This document shows, in pieces, positions 23,601 through 36,774 of a stretch of DNA of 64,000 bases. This stretch comes from Oopsacas minuta (lineage: Eukaryota; Animalia; Porifera): assembly GCA_024704765.1 (NCBI GenBank), contig JAKMXF010000233.1:558001-622000 (forward strand). Reading direction: 5' to 3'. The translations under genes and the position numbers were made by a program. A model generated the notes under the pieces. That model was not told the DNA's origin. It saw only the letters and a program-made list of their open reading frames with translations, and made no database searches. How positions within the stretch are numbered: position 1 is the first letter of the stretch; each line of letters starts with the position of its first letter.

Positions 23601-26266
23601 AATGGCCCTCCATGTACAGGTAATTTCTAGTTATATACTCCTTAGTAACGAGTTTGTCAGATGGAATGTACGATTCGTAAACCTGTGACCTCCACAAACG
23701 GGAAATGGCAGAATCAGAATCGAATTTATTATAGAATTTATTCTAGTACCAGTAGATGGTATGTGGGGGGAGTGGAATGATTGGTCAAGCTGTACAGCTA
23801 CATGTGGAGATGGTATAATTACAAGATATAGAGAATGTGACAGTCCAGCACCTAGTCATGGAGGTGTTGATTGTGTCGGAGTGGCTAATGAAACTGAAGA
23901 CTGCAATATTATTGGCTGTTCAGGTAGTAAATATATCCATGTGTAAGTTGTTGATAGAAATAAAAGTAAACAAATGCGGCTTATGAATATTAGTTCCAAT
24001 TTATTGTTCTTCGGGAAGAGGACACTCTGACTTAGATTTTTGTAATTTTGAGCATTTAAATCAGACTTATAACTTTCAAGAAATGGCAATACAAAGTGGT
24101 TAAGCCACATACAATAGTGGCATAAATGGCGGACTGTTAAGTTACTGTGTTTATAGTGGAAATACAATGGAATGCGTGGACATCTTGGACACTTTGTGAC
24201 GTAACGTGTGGAATTTCCTTAGAGACGAGAAAGAGAGAAAGGAATTGTGAAGTATTCACAGATTGTCTTGAACAAGAGTCTAGGATGTGTAACAGAATCC
24301 CTTGTGTAGTTGGTAAGTTATAATTAGGTGGGTAAATAACAACAAATGATTGGTATAATACAATAACACAAACAAATATATGAAAGAGAATAACATGAGT
24401 TATCAATAAGCCTATTAACCTAATCAACCAATCAATCTTCAGGTGTGTAGTCCTCTGGTTGTTTACGTATCAGCTGAGCATGTTTACGAGTTGCGAAGTA
24501 ATATATTAGATACCCACATACCATAGGGGGAACGGCATAGGGAGCTTCATCCATGACCCGTCGAAAGATATTTATAGGTCCTTGTGTGAAAAATCCAGCC
24601 AACGCCCTCTGTTCGAAGGGACTGATCGAGTAAGTGATTATGTTACGTGCGTAGATTAGGTTACCCCATGATCTATGGCCTGTCATTGTGCTAAAAGCTA
24701 AGTAATGGTATATATATATATAGTGGAACCGGCATAATCCGACACTTATTTGAATATTTTGCGGGAGATTAGCCACGACACATGTCCGAAAAAGCGAGAC
24801 AGTTAGGACTTGGCAAGTATGGAGAATTGGGGATAGAGGAAAGTGTCAGATTATGGCAGTTAATAAGTAACCTCTATAATAGTTAGAAAGAATGATTAGA
24901 AATTGGCGGAAATGACAACATATAGTTATCTCTGAGGATGGTTGAAAAGCGACTATAATTCCTTTTATGGAAGTAGCCATAAGTTGTTAGGCGCCATATT
25001 TATGATATTATCAATAGTACAAGCGGGAGGCTGGGGTGAGTGGACGGAGTGGATCGGGTGCTACCAAAGCTGTGACAACGAACAGAGGACACGAACGAGA
25101 GAATGTGACAACCCACCAAAAGGAGTTCTAGGTCCAGACTGTGAAGGGAATGGTACTGAAACTCAAGCATGTTACTGCGGTGGAGGTAAGGAATTTTATG
25201 AACCAGCGGAGCCTCTGGTATAAATGCTTAGTTTCTAATTATCCATAGATATAGATGGGAACTGGGGAGAATGGGGCAGTTGGTCTTATTGCTCCTTACC
25301 ATGTGATGGAATTGAAACTAGAACTAGAAGGTGTGATAATCCAGAACCTACAGGAAGTGGTTCTAATTGTTCAGGAATAAATTCGGAAAGTCAACCATGT
25401 AACCAAGAAAATTGTCCTGGTGAGTATAATAGTAAATAAAGTGAGCCAGTATTGAAATTGGTGTCTATTTCCTCGTAGACTGTGTACAGCTGAAACCTTA
25501 TTGCTACAGGGATAATTACCCTCAGGTGTGGGCTGTCTGTCACGATTTTTTATTTGACACCTTATGCCACTTTTAACCACATTATTGACACTTAATTTTC
25601 ATAGATTTTTTGGCAGATTTACATGCAAAAATAGCTAGAGAATCTTTACGGTATATTGTTATTGTTGTTTATTGTTTACAGTTGACGGGGGATGGGGGAA
25701 CTGGAGCGGATTCGGGGACTGTACCCAGGGATGTGGGGGAGGTGTAAGGAGCAGGAGCAGAGAATGTAATAATCCTAGACAAGCTAATGGAGGCCTGGAA
25801 TGTGAAGGTGATGAATTAGATTTGGAGGATTGCAATCAACAAGCTTGTGGTGAGTAAATAATATGAGTAATCATATTATCACACCTTTATTTACAAAATG
25901 TGTTCAGTTGATGGATCTTGGAGTGAATGGTCTGATTGGTCAGTATGTGGCCAATCATGTAACACCACAGAAGAACAAACACGTACCAGAACTTGTGACA
26001 ATGTGGAACCAAGTGGAAATGGTAGTTCCTGTTTAGGAGAAGACACTGAAACACAACCATGCAACCTGAATGGTTGTCAGGAATGTGTAATATCCAATTA
26101 TAGAGTTGTCAGCACATGTTCTCTGCCGTGTGGCTCAGATAGTGGCATAGCATATTTTGCCAGATGTGTTATAAGTGGAGATATTAATAATTGTAATAAA
26201 CGTATGTATATTGATAGAGCTTGTAGAAGCAGATGGTGTGTAGAACAGAAAAACTTGGATCTGTAA
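17687..26266 (+). CDS. Secreted ADAM-like protein without metalloprotease domain: signal peptide, TSP1-like repeat, disintegrin, ADAM Cys-rich, EGF, 11 TSP1 repeats, Cys-containing tail
   Basis: Exons read by eye: 17687-17732 ([16 protein letters not shown]), 17803-17967 ([10 protein letters not shown]), 18555-18610 ([10 protein letters not shown]), 18678-18773, 18826-18906 (CREGVDEC), Cys-rich exons (GNCG, CGVLQC, DGTICG), EGF about 21783-21943, TSP1 exons starting near 22141, 22663, 22890, 23124, 23448, 23747, 24157, 25018, 25249, 25681, 25909; stop at 26266; no TM segment seen. Confidence 0.8.
20044..21531 (-). CDS. DNAAF1: Dynein axonemal assembly factor 1 (LRRC50), intronless, nested antisense in intron 19683-21566 of the ADAM-TSP1 gene
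   Basis: [39 protein letters not shown]...[24 protein letters not shown] is the LRRC50 signature. Confidence 0.93.
   Translation of the reverse strand: MLSTTKEENYPKMTKKSLRAICKKHEQYLTPELNDILYLHFQGFSKIENLDEYTGLKCLWLESNGISKIENLCNLTGLKCLYLQQNLIEEIENLEKLTELDTLNLANNSLTKIQNLSVLSKLHTLQLSHNYFKSADDIMELKLCVNIGILDLQHNRIDDPSVVDIFSQMPRLGVLTVQGNPFINKIKYYRKNMICAISSLKYLDDRPVFDKDRSAALAWQRGGLKAEQEDRKKWAKMEQDRILASVDALRNIRARNICIQGTTQSDNGDISDNDSDTNGEMECQETPRVLSLNNPIGDNTEYHVVPPDPLPDTSEPFLITELPSENSIEEIDLTQTCKPNCSIFGDNSSNLAPNNPLMFDFDQSNAKSASKVPKRPFLIEECDDEISQTFHSSDPVAEVETDSNSVQIGTKKLITEIDSDTELIPTHSSDFMEHFNDLKGVNIVTTALDENEIVTMETQECNDPHPYTTPPHEVIQNLAELIGTTSGTGTIDTEL
24432..24686 (-). CDS. UQCRQ: Cytochrome bc1 subunit 8 (QCR8), 84 aa, intronless CDS, nested antisense in intron 24313-25017 of the ADAM-TSP1 gene
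   Basis: [28 protein letters not shown]...K.P..Y matches the QCR8 pattern. Confidence 0.92.
   Translation of the reverse strand: MTGHRSWGNLIYARNIITYSISPFEQRALAGFFTQGPINIFRRVMDEAPYAVPPMVCGYLIYYFATRKHAQLIRKQPEDYTPED
24720..24862. mobile_element. MITE relic just upstream of UQCRQ
   Basis: Imperfect inverted repeats ggcataatccgacactt / aagtgtcagattatggc; CAGT-like end (tagtggaacc). Confidence 0.5.
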
Positions 26267-27046
26267 GTTATAACAATTGGGTGCTCTGATAGCGGATAAT
26301 ATTGGGATCATTTCTATAGGTGCCGTTGGGCAGAAATTTTGCGGGGAAAGTTGAATTTTGGCGGTAAGGAAATTTGGGTCTAAGAACGAAAAAGCGGGAA
26401 ATACACTCAAAATGTCTGAAACAACCCAAAATGGTACAGTTGTATAGTTTATAATCGTTCCTGTGAAAATTGGACAATACTAAACTGGAGTCTAATATGC
26501 AACTACAATACATGTTTGATCCACATTGTGACGCAAACACCAACATTATATTTACAGTTCTAACCATTTCCAATTATTTAGGTCAAGTCAATGTTTCATC
26601 TGGTTGAATTTAGAGACATTGGAACCTCAATGTGGAACTGAAACTGATATGACGACTAGTATAGATCGAAAGCTATATTGTACACAATCTAGGTTATTTG
26701 AACTATCAACCAGAGACTTTGACCTATCAAATATTGACTTTAGTTGCATACTACATTCAGGGAATTGTATCAAACAGTACAATTAATTGGATTTGGAACC
26801 ATGACTTCTCTTTTATAAATATATAAATGGAACTATGTATTTAATATATGCTATACCCTAGATTTTGATTTGACAGTTATTCAATGAATATTCAGAGTGA
26901 CAACCCAACATTATCCTGTCTGTACTACACATTCAAAATTCCCGCCTAAATATCAATTTCCCGCGTGATGATAGTATTACCCGCCAAAAATACAAATTCC
27001 TGCGTAGTCCATAATTAAGCGCCTAACTCTTAAGAAATTATATAAT

Positions 27047-27229
27047 TCACATGTCAAATCCTAATTTCCTAAGACACTCTATGTGATCACTAATAACTTT
27101 GGCGCAATTTTCTTGTCCATTCTGTACTATGCATTGGTCCCTCAATTCTCTGGTGTCAGGACAAGCACAGCATATTTTAAGTTTCTTCCCCTCTGGTGTA
27201 ACTATGACATTCTTCTGAGTCGTATCCAT
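27047..27229 (-). CDS. COX17: Cytochrome c oxidase copper chaperone, 60 aa
   Basis: KLKICCACPDTRELRDQCI...C..VI..HIECLRKLGF: CC copper site plus twin CX9C. Confidence 0.95.
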   Translation of the reverse strand: MDTTQKNVIVTPEGKKLKICCACPDTRELRDQCIVQNGQENCAKVISDHIECLRKLGFDM

Positions 27230-27452
27230 CGCTAAGTAAAGTCTAAATTGTCCAAAGATACATTGACAAAACAAATTAATTCAATAATATAAATATGATA
27301 AATACATGGTTGCGTGAACTGAATAATGGAATGAATCTCAATACGTTCAAATATATACAGTCCAGATTAAAATACACAAATACCACATGTGCAAACAAAC
27401 AAACAAACAAACAAACAAACAAACAATATGCGAATGGTGTTTGTAGAACAAC

Positions 27453-30406
27453 TTAATTATCATCTTCAATTTTTTTAAACTCTTGCTCTACCTCAGGGGA
27501 TACAGGTTGTACCGATTCCCAATATTCCTTATTAGATGACAAGTGGTCGAGCATGATTGTGGCATGTGGGTACACTAATTCCGACCATGACTCCCAGAGT
27601 GGCAACGCAACGAACATAAGGAATGTAAATTGATTCTTCTCAAATATTGGATTGCGTCGGTCACACATGTGGCTAATTTCTAGCCCCATGTTCCGCTCTT
27701 CGTCCCCCTGTTGGTAGCACTCCTCCTCTATATTCCGGGACCATTGTATCGCGATCTCCAAGGGCTTAGCCGGGTTAGCGAGGTCGGCACAGTGCAAAAG
27801 TGCGTGTAAGATATCAGAAAAATGTGATGAACTCAGTTCCAATTCTTCACTCTCCTTAAATTTAAAGGATTCTATAGTTGTCTTCAATTTACCGATAATT
27901 ACCAGATGTTTACTCATATCGGTTGCGAGCACAAGATCGATTATCAATCGCCGTGTCATGCCATATGCCTTGGAGTTGAAATTAGCGAATATGTTATTTT
28001 TAGATTCTTTCAATAGTTTAAAACCTGTCGCACAGTGATGATTCTCTAAAACTGACTCATCATTGTAAGTGAGAGCCAAATCGTTCTTGGTGTTAATCAG
28101 GAATTTATTGTTCCTTCCAGGATGGTCACAATCATGAATCGCCGCAGCGATGATAAGTCCTAGAATCATCCAATCCTGTAGAGCACCTTGAAAAGTTTCG
28201 CAGGAGAGAAGGTAGTTAGCGTTGAAGACAACATCTGCCGCGTGGATACCGTTATGATAGGGGTTATCACGGTACGCGTTCTCCACCTCAGCTATATAGT
28301 TTATAAAAGTAGTCTCATCGATCTTACACTTTTTGAACAAATCATGTGATTCTAAGATGACGTAAGTAGTGGCAGCTAGAGGGTAACCATCTGCCAAGGT
28401 GTTAACTTTGAATATATTGATATCCCAGTCATTGATATTACTTCTAAGGAATGTTAATAGCTCTGTGTTATGACGAATATCGGATTTATTCGACATCTGT
28501 TTTGGGATTGAAGTTGGTCGCTTAAAATTATCGATACTTGGAGCGCTAATTGAGTTAGCTAAACCAGACATTTTACGCGGTTTTTCAAGAGGGCAAACTT
28601 GGAACATATTTGAGTCTAATTCAAAAGTGTTAGACACAAAGTTATTCATATCGTTGTCCTGTTCTACGAATTCTGAGACTACCCACTCGGCTACCCTGGC
28701 ATTAGCTGGACTTGTACCCATTGTTTGGAGTTCCATTTGAAGGATTTGACGAAACTTATCACCTAGAAGGAGTACAGGATTAAATTGTGTTGTTTGTTTG
28801 TTTGTTTATTCAATTGCGAAGTTGAGTATTGTCAACAACTATTCAAACAACTCACTAGCAGATTCTCCAATACTCTTCCCAGATTCTAAGGACTCTACTA
28901 TTTCCATACAATCTTCCATATCTTGAATACAGCTATGTAATAACATTAAATTTTGGACTTGCATCCTGTTGTTTACCTCCACACTGTTGTTGTTTACATT
29001 TTTATCAAAACTAACATTAGTCTCCAGTGCGTGTAAGTTGTCCTTAACATGCTTCATATATACTAACACGCGGGCAAATGGTGTTAAAAAGTTGTCATAT
29101 AAAGCAGATTGGAATGAAGAATTTGAAATTAGTGATTGTGACCTAGATTTGACGTCATCTGCCCCCTGTGGTTTGTAGAGGAATGACATCCTCTTTTTGT
29201 TTAGCTGAGGTGACACTTTTATTGATATGTGAGGATGTTCTATAAATAGAAATAATAATACAGAAGAATTCACTCTCCGCTAACCCAAACCCTGTTTGTG
29301 TATTAATCAGAGCCTTTTGTGTTTAGTTTATGAAAAGGGAGCATTTTTGACACCTTGATGCAAAATATTTCAAACATGAATATCCTAACAACCACCTGGA
29401 TAATTGGAATTCATCTCCTCTTGAGAACAAATATTATTAATTTCAAACATTAGAAAAAATAGAAAATTTTGGGAAAAATTCTATTTATATGAATCTGAGA
29501 TTTTGTACATTTTCAGCAACCAATCAAATTCAATACTGATGAATCCCTGTGTATTCTATACATTGAATATATAGATCTGGAACCAATTATAGTTACGTTA
29601 TATTCATATGATTAATTCTATTATATATATATAAACGGAACTAACACGATATCCATTTAATTTATCATAAATGGAAACTTTCGAGGAATTTGATAAAATA
29701 GAAATATTCATATCAACCAAGAGGAATAAAGGAATGTTTAGGCGCCAAATAATGATGAAAATACATTCAAAATGTGTCCCAAGTGAGACACATTATAGTC
29801 CTAAAAATAACGATTCTAAAATATTGGCTAATCTCCCGTTATGTCATTGCTCTTGAGAGAGAGGGGAACACGGGACGTAAAGCGGTCAACTCACCAACTT
29901 TTTTCTTGTACTTGGAACTATCCCCCATAGTCTGTGACCTCGGGGGCGGTTTGTACCGAAAGTTCCTCTTCTCAGAAACACTCAGCGGTCTCCCTCTCTG
30001 CTGAAAAGTTAGGCTATCCTGCGACATATAACCATACTGCATGTCTGGAGAAAGTGATCTAATCATAAATGGATCTTCTGTAACACTAATGGTTGGATAT
30101 ATTACAGGGGTCTCTGGATCCTCTGTACCTGTTACTTCTATCTCGTCAAAATCCTAGATATTGATTGGATAACAATTACATTACATACACAGTGTAGTCT
30201 CCCAAAACGGACACTCCGAGAATCAGACAACCCCCTAGAACTGACAGATACCATGTCCCCAATCTATTTTAGGCGTACTGATAAATTTGAGCGCTAATTC
30301 TTGCTTTAGGCGCGAAATTAAGATTGAACCTAATATTCCTATTTCATTATTAACTTACCATCGCAGAATCGAAGGAGCTTGAAATTCGCATACCATTCTC
30401 GACCAT
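27453..30406 (-). CDS. PDE4: cAMP phosphodiesterase, long-form PDE4 type (UCR1, UCR2, catalytic domain); exons 30406-30359, 30153-29895, 29239-28856, 28762-27453
   Basis: KRMSFLY (UCR1), TPFARVL, DKFRQILQMEL (UCR2), YHNGIHAADV, HDCDHPGRNN, VLENHH, ATDMSKH, HCADLANP; exon phases consistent; 5'-most exon less certain. Confidence 0.9.
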
Positions 30407-30975
30407 AGTTACAGTTCCAGTTTGAGTATAAGGAATTCTCTTATAATAATGCTAGAGATAAGCCTACACAGCAATCTTAGAAGGCTATAACCTGACTGAG
30501 CCTCAGTTACGTGTAAACTGATACTCATGATACCCATAGTACCAATAATGACATATTGGTTACATATTATGACCTTAATATGGATTCATAGAAAACCATA
30601 AATTCCTAGTTAGCTGAATGAAGATATAAAGCCACCAGTTCCCAAACCATTAACACCCTATGTCAATTAAACATATTCTGTGGACCCCTCCCATAAACTG
30701 TAAAACAATTCTGTGATCCTATAGCCTGTATACCCCCTGCCGTCGTTCGAATGCTACGTAACGTTACCTAGGGGATCAGAGCGTGACACTGGGAGGGAAA
30801 GGTGACAAAATTTAGGGAATTGTAGGTTACTTAAGATTCAAACGACCCCCCTTTGTGTGTTATGGGTACACATTATTGAGACCGGAAGTACAAAAATAGG
30901 GCAAATTCTCGAGTAACAAACAAATATTCTAGATACGCCTACTTACCATAGGAATTCAAACCTAAACTAGCTAAA

Positions 30976-33900
30976 ATGTCAAATGAGAAAGAACACATTT
31001 TGTGCACTGAATGTGGTGGAACTGAATTCGAACTTAGTTCTGGTTTGTATTACTGCAACCAATGTCAAACCCAGTCACAAAATGTACAGGATTTTTACAT
31101 GGATAATTTTGAAGTAATTGGCGCCAAAATGTACAAGAAAAAGAAAACAGGCGGGAAAAAGAAAGTGGAAAAATTAACCGCCAAATCTACAGAACATTCA
31201 AAACTTGTTATAACAGAGAAATGTACTATTATGCAAGCACTGTTGAGAGAGCAAATTGATTGGCTCGAGTCAGAGGGTCACATTCCTAAGACGACACATT
31301 ATAGCGACACTTTTAGGCAAATGTGTCGCGAAATATGGTTTCGACTATTGGAAACACAAAAAATTTACAATTCAGATTATTCAAAATGGACCAGTCAAAT
31401 AGAGCCAAAATTTCTACCAGCAATTCTATATTTGGCTGGTGTATATTCGGGAAATTCCATTTGTATGTTTCAGTTGTCAAAGTGGATTAAAAGTGGCACA
31501 ATGCCATTTTTTAGAGAATTCTATGCCAAACGGACAATTACACTTTGTAACTTTATAACATTTGGTAAGAAAATATTTGTATTAATTAGTGAATAACTGG
31601 AATTTCGGTTTCGGTCGTTCACCAGTATTAATGGTAAACAACAAACAAACAAACAAATAAACAAATATTTATACTTTAGGTAACACCCTTCCTTACTTCC
31701 TTAACACAACAGTTAACCAGCTGATGGGTCTACTCAAGATACCTGTCCCCAAATTGACTCCGCATCCCGTACCCATCATTAACGCCCTCTTAGATCACCT
31801 CCACCTCCCCATGTGCTTACAAAAATATGTAGAAAAGTTACTAAAAATAGTATACAGGAATAATAAATCTTATTTGTCACCTATCTGTCACGATTACGCT
31901 CACACAAATGAATCCCAGATGTTATCATTAATTATTTGTTTATTAAGAATTCTATATTGTTTTGATGGTGAGGAAGAAAATACGATGGAGCGTTGCTGGG
32001 ATACCAATATGGAGGTTAGGTATTTGGAGAACGTAGATGAGGAATGTGATTATATTTATTTATGGAATGACTGGATGAAATTGTATACCTTAGATGTCTT
32101 ATTACGGAATGGTAAGTTACATTTATAAACATTTAAATACACTTAGTGCCTAGGAATAGAGCACTTTGGTGGTTTGCACAGGTTGTGATTATTGTTCGAA
32201 TTTATTGAGGAAATTGTAAGAGCTACAAAAATGAAATTTGGCGTATATTAATATGTTCAGGTATCAAAGGGATATCTCCCATAATCACTGAGAAAAGGTG
32301 TCAAATGTGCCTGACCTATCAGATTAGTGGGTTTAACCTTATATTATCTTATTGATGAAATTGAATGTAAATTATATGTAGCAGGTTGTATACTATTTAA
32401 CACCTATCTGAGAGGATAAATTGATTGGATTAAAAACAACAACAATGTATATATAATAGACATAAAAAGCATCTATCAATCCGATCCAACAAACAAACAA
32501 ACAAATATCAAAAGTTCTAAATGTACACATGCAATTAATCAAAAATCCTTGGCAACAAGACTTGGCTGTTGGTATGTATAGAATGAGTATAATTAATCAT
32601 AGGAATAGTCTCGCATGTCAAATTTGTAGAGTTCGGGGGATTACTTTCTGTATGGACAATTTGTAATATTGTTAGGACAGTGGTAGTGGCAATACTCACA
32701 ATACCCAGAAGTAACAAAACAATGTGGAATGCATTCCTAAAGATATTTGTTTGGTTTCGTAGTAAAAGGAAATGGAAAAGAGGCGGCCAAATGAAGGCGA
32801 GAAGTGTCGTAGCAAATCCACCCACTAGCGCTGCCATAAATTGGAAGTATGGCACACCGATTGCTAACCCGAAACTTACCAAAACCAATCCGAATCTGAC
32901 AATTACTATAATTAGATATTTTAAGCGGGGAATTATCCTGACTATGTAATTCTCAACTATTTGAGAGGCTGGTTTAAAAACGAGCGGGAAAGATAAAGTC
33001 AATTCGGCGCTTAACATTAGTCTGACAATGTTATTAAATATTCCACTGGGAAGATTATCAAATATGACGCCTTGGGTGTCAGATCCAAATAGGAGATATC
33101 CATATATGGCAAATGGTAGGTTGACAACGACAACAACACTTCCAGCGATCAACAAAACAATATTCATTTGTGTTGGCTTAACCATTTCCATCTCAACTGG
33201 TATCACCATAGAATGGACGCAGAATAGGAACGCCGTAACACCATAGAACAATGGGAAGCCTCCGATATTGAAATACACAATATTTTCTAAGTTAAACCCA
33301 GAATATATTCCGTAATAATACACAGTGCACATTGCTACAGCCAGGAATACCCAACCAACCATGGATGCGTACGCTAGGAAACGGAAAGAAGGTATCAGAG
33401 TTAGCAGAAGTAAAATTGGAATTAAGATCGCGTACGTCAGCCAGATAGAAGTAGGATATCCCAACCAACAATGGAGTGGGATACGAAGGTTCCCACCGAT
33501 AAATACCATGTATCCGGCACAAACACCAAGATTACAAATCAACACTGATATATCTACCAAAACTCTTCCAGCAATTCCCATACAAATCTTACCAATACTG
33601 GAAAAGTCTAAATTTTTATTATTCGTCAGTTTCTGACACCCTCGTTTGATTTCAACTATCAGTAACATCGTGTATAAACTTAACGCGCCAATTACTAACA
33701 TTCCGATGGCGCCTAAAATAATGCCAGCTTGTGCCATACCCCATGAAAGGGTGAATGAACCGGAACCTACTGAAGCTTTCGCGAAGTTAAAAATAGCACC
33801 GAAAGTGCTAGATCCGTTTTTATTAGTTTCAGTTTCAGTTTGAGGGGGTGGGAAGCTCTTGGGCCCCTTCACAGGAGTCCCTACTGTCATTAATGTTGAC

Positions 33901-34641
33901 AACTTCTCTGAACTGTTGGTGTTTATGTTGTTGTTGTCTTGAAGTAGAGGTTGTTTCTCATCTTGGTATGGGTTTGTATCCATTTCTAGTAATACTAAAA
34001 ATATGATAAAAATGTTACTTGTTTGTTTGTTTGTTTGTTTGTTTGTTTATCTGTCTGTTTATTTGTGTGTAGTGTATATTTGTCGTTATCTATTTACAGA
34101 TTTCAAATCATCAACAGAAGTATCAATATTCCCACAATTAAGTAAACAAACACCTGTCTTATCAACAAGTGAAAATATGCTTAAACACTATTTAGCAACA
34201 GAACTGGCTACATATTCAATCAAATCTAAGAGGGAAGCTATTAGCATTGATCTTATTGATATTTACTGGAAAGCAGTCGATAACCATAAAAAGCGCGCCA
34301 AAACCACCTCGTCAGCTGTTTGTGCAACTCATGGAGACATAGATGGGACAGTACTATCAATAATAAAAGATGTACAAGACAATTTCACACCTAGAGGTGT
34401 GAAAATTGACAAATATTTCAAGGACAAATTATCGAATCAGGAATTCACTATTCTAATATATAAAATAAAGAATTTATCGGTGTTAGATTGGGATATGGTA
34501 CCAGACAGTTTCAGTTTCATATTAGATGTGTGTAGCGAGATGATGGGTGTGTTAAACTATCAGCTGTTTGAAATTGTGGCAGAGACTATGGCGTCAATAA
34601 TAGAGGCGACGAATACAGTTTTAGTAAACAATCCTGTTTAG
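30976..34641 (+). CDS. TAF1B: RNA polymerase I initiation factor TAF1B/Rrn7; exons 30976-31564, 31680-32111, 34100-34641
   Basis: N-terminal zinc ribbon CTECG..F....GLYYCNQC; Q.LLREQIDWL; both introns phase 1; last exon assigned by phase and lack of its own start. Confidence 0.78.
32535..33983 (-). CDS. AAAP/SLC36-SLC38-like amino-acid transporter, intronless, nested antisense in TAF1B intron 2
   Basis: About 11 hydrophobic segments; STFGAIFNFAKASVGSG, FLFCVHSMVIPVEMEM..P, YGYLLFG..T; N-terminal EKQPLL acidic dileucine motif. Confidence 0.88.
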   Translation of the reverse strand: MDTNPYQDEKQPLLQDNNNINTNSSEKLSTLMTVGTPVKGPKSFPPPQTETETNKNGSSTFGAIFNFAKASVGSGSFTLSWGMAQAGIILGAIGMLVIGALSLYTMLLIVEIKRGCQKLTNNKNLDFSSIGKICMGIAGRVLVDISVLICNLGVCAGYMVFIGGNLRIPLHCWLGYPTSIWLTYAILIPILLLLTLIPSFRFLAYASMVGWVFLAVAMCTVYYYGIYSGFNLENIVYFNIGGFPLFYGVTAFLFCVHSMVIPVEMEMVKPTQMNIVLLIAGSVVVVVNLPFAIYGYLLFGSDTQGVIFDNLPSGIFNNIVRLMLSAELTLSFPLVFKPASQIVENYIVRIIPRLKYLIIVIVRFGLVLVSFGLAIGVPYFQFMAALVGGFATTLLAFIWPPLFHFLLLRNQTNIFRNAFHIVLLLLGIVSIATTTVLTILQIVHTESNPPNSTNLTCETIPMINYTHSIHTNSQVLLPRIFD

Positions 34642-34750
34642 AAGTTTATTTGCTTGTTTACAAATAAACTTATTTGTTGTTTAGTAAATAAATAAATTCT
34701 AGCTAATTTGAAAGATAAATCATATTTGGAACTATAACTGGAACTAACAC

Positions 34751-35601
34751 CTATACAAGTAACACAGCATTAATACAACCATCATTTTCAGGACAATTAG
34801 TAACCTGAGCATACTTACCCCACACCACCTTACCCCCTTGGGTAACGAGACCCAATTCACTGACATTAACCTCTATAACTGTACCCTTAGTGATAACACC
34901 TAGCTGTGTGAAGAGACCTGAGTTAGGATTCTTCTTGACACCAATAATGGATAGATGGAATGTTGTTTTCAACTCTGGATGTGTCACGTGTGCCATTTTA
35001 AACCGTAGAGCCATTGGTCGTATGAATCTCTCGAACTTAGGCGGCTTTCTTGTGAAGTTGTCGTTCACCCAACATACCTTTGTTACCATTCGTTTCCAAG
35101 ATTTCTTTTTCCGTTTACCAGTTTTTAACACCTTGAGGGCTTCCTCCTCTCCAATGGATCGCACCTTTGGGATTGGAACAGTCCATTTGCCCGCCTTTTC
35201 TTTGCGTTTCTGTTTTACCATGTTTGTTAGGACTTTAGATCTGTAAATATAAATTTGTTTGTTTGTTTGTTTGTTTGTTTGTTTATTTGTTACTTGTTTG
35301 CTAACCTATTTTGCTTCTCCCTATCTAACAAATAAGGTGGAACAGCTCCCTCAGGTATAGTTCCAGTATCATTCTTGGTTCCAGATCCCTTCTTCTGATG
35401 TAATCTGATACTCTTCTGCATTTGTATTTTCTCTTTATATCTCTGTCTGTTATAAATCTTAGCTTTGAGGCCTGTCAGTTTCTTGGCGTATTGGGAGCGT
35501 ATCTTTGGGAGTCTGGCTTCTCTCTTGCGTTTCTTTTCGAAGTAATCGAATCGGCGTCCGTGACGCTTCCTGAATAGTTCTATGTGTTCGTTTTGTGGCA
35601 T
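34751..35601 (-). CDS. NSA2: Ribosome biogenesis protein NSA2; exons 35601-35306, 35240-34751
   Basis: MPQNEHIE...[11 protein letters not shown]; [13 protein letters not shown]...[17 protein letters not shown]...[22 protein letters not shown]. Confidence 0.97.
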
Positions 35602-35848
35602 TATATGTATATGCTAATATTAGTGATAAACAAATAAACAGAGTACAGTATAACCGGATTATATGAGAACCGGTATCCAGAGGTGGTGATTATAACCGGT
35701 AAAAATATTCCTTGGAAATCCAACTGGTTAGTTTTAAAATTTGCTAGCATTTACCCGCCCAAACTATCATTTATGTGGTGTGAAAATATATACCTAAAAT
35801 TAATACTAATTCCTACAAATATCTAATACGCTAACAAACTGAATAATT

Positions 35849-36639
<791 letters not shown>

Positions 36640-36774
36640 AACACCTCTGTCCTGCTGTAATTATGTGTATAATTATAAGCTAATAATGATATAATAGTAA
36701 TGTGTGATATAATTATTAACCCTAAACTGCAGTCTTATAAGTATATGCAAACTATATTAAGTTTCATATATAGA

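Noticed and set aside
24942-25017. Hydrophobic stretch ([15 protein letters not shown]) suggesting a second gene start
   Set aside because: A phase-1 acceptor at 25017 matches the other TSP1 exons. A separate gene is not fully excluded without cDNA.
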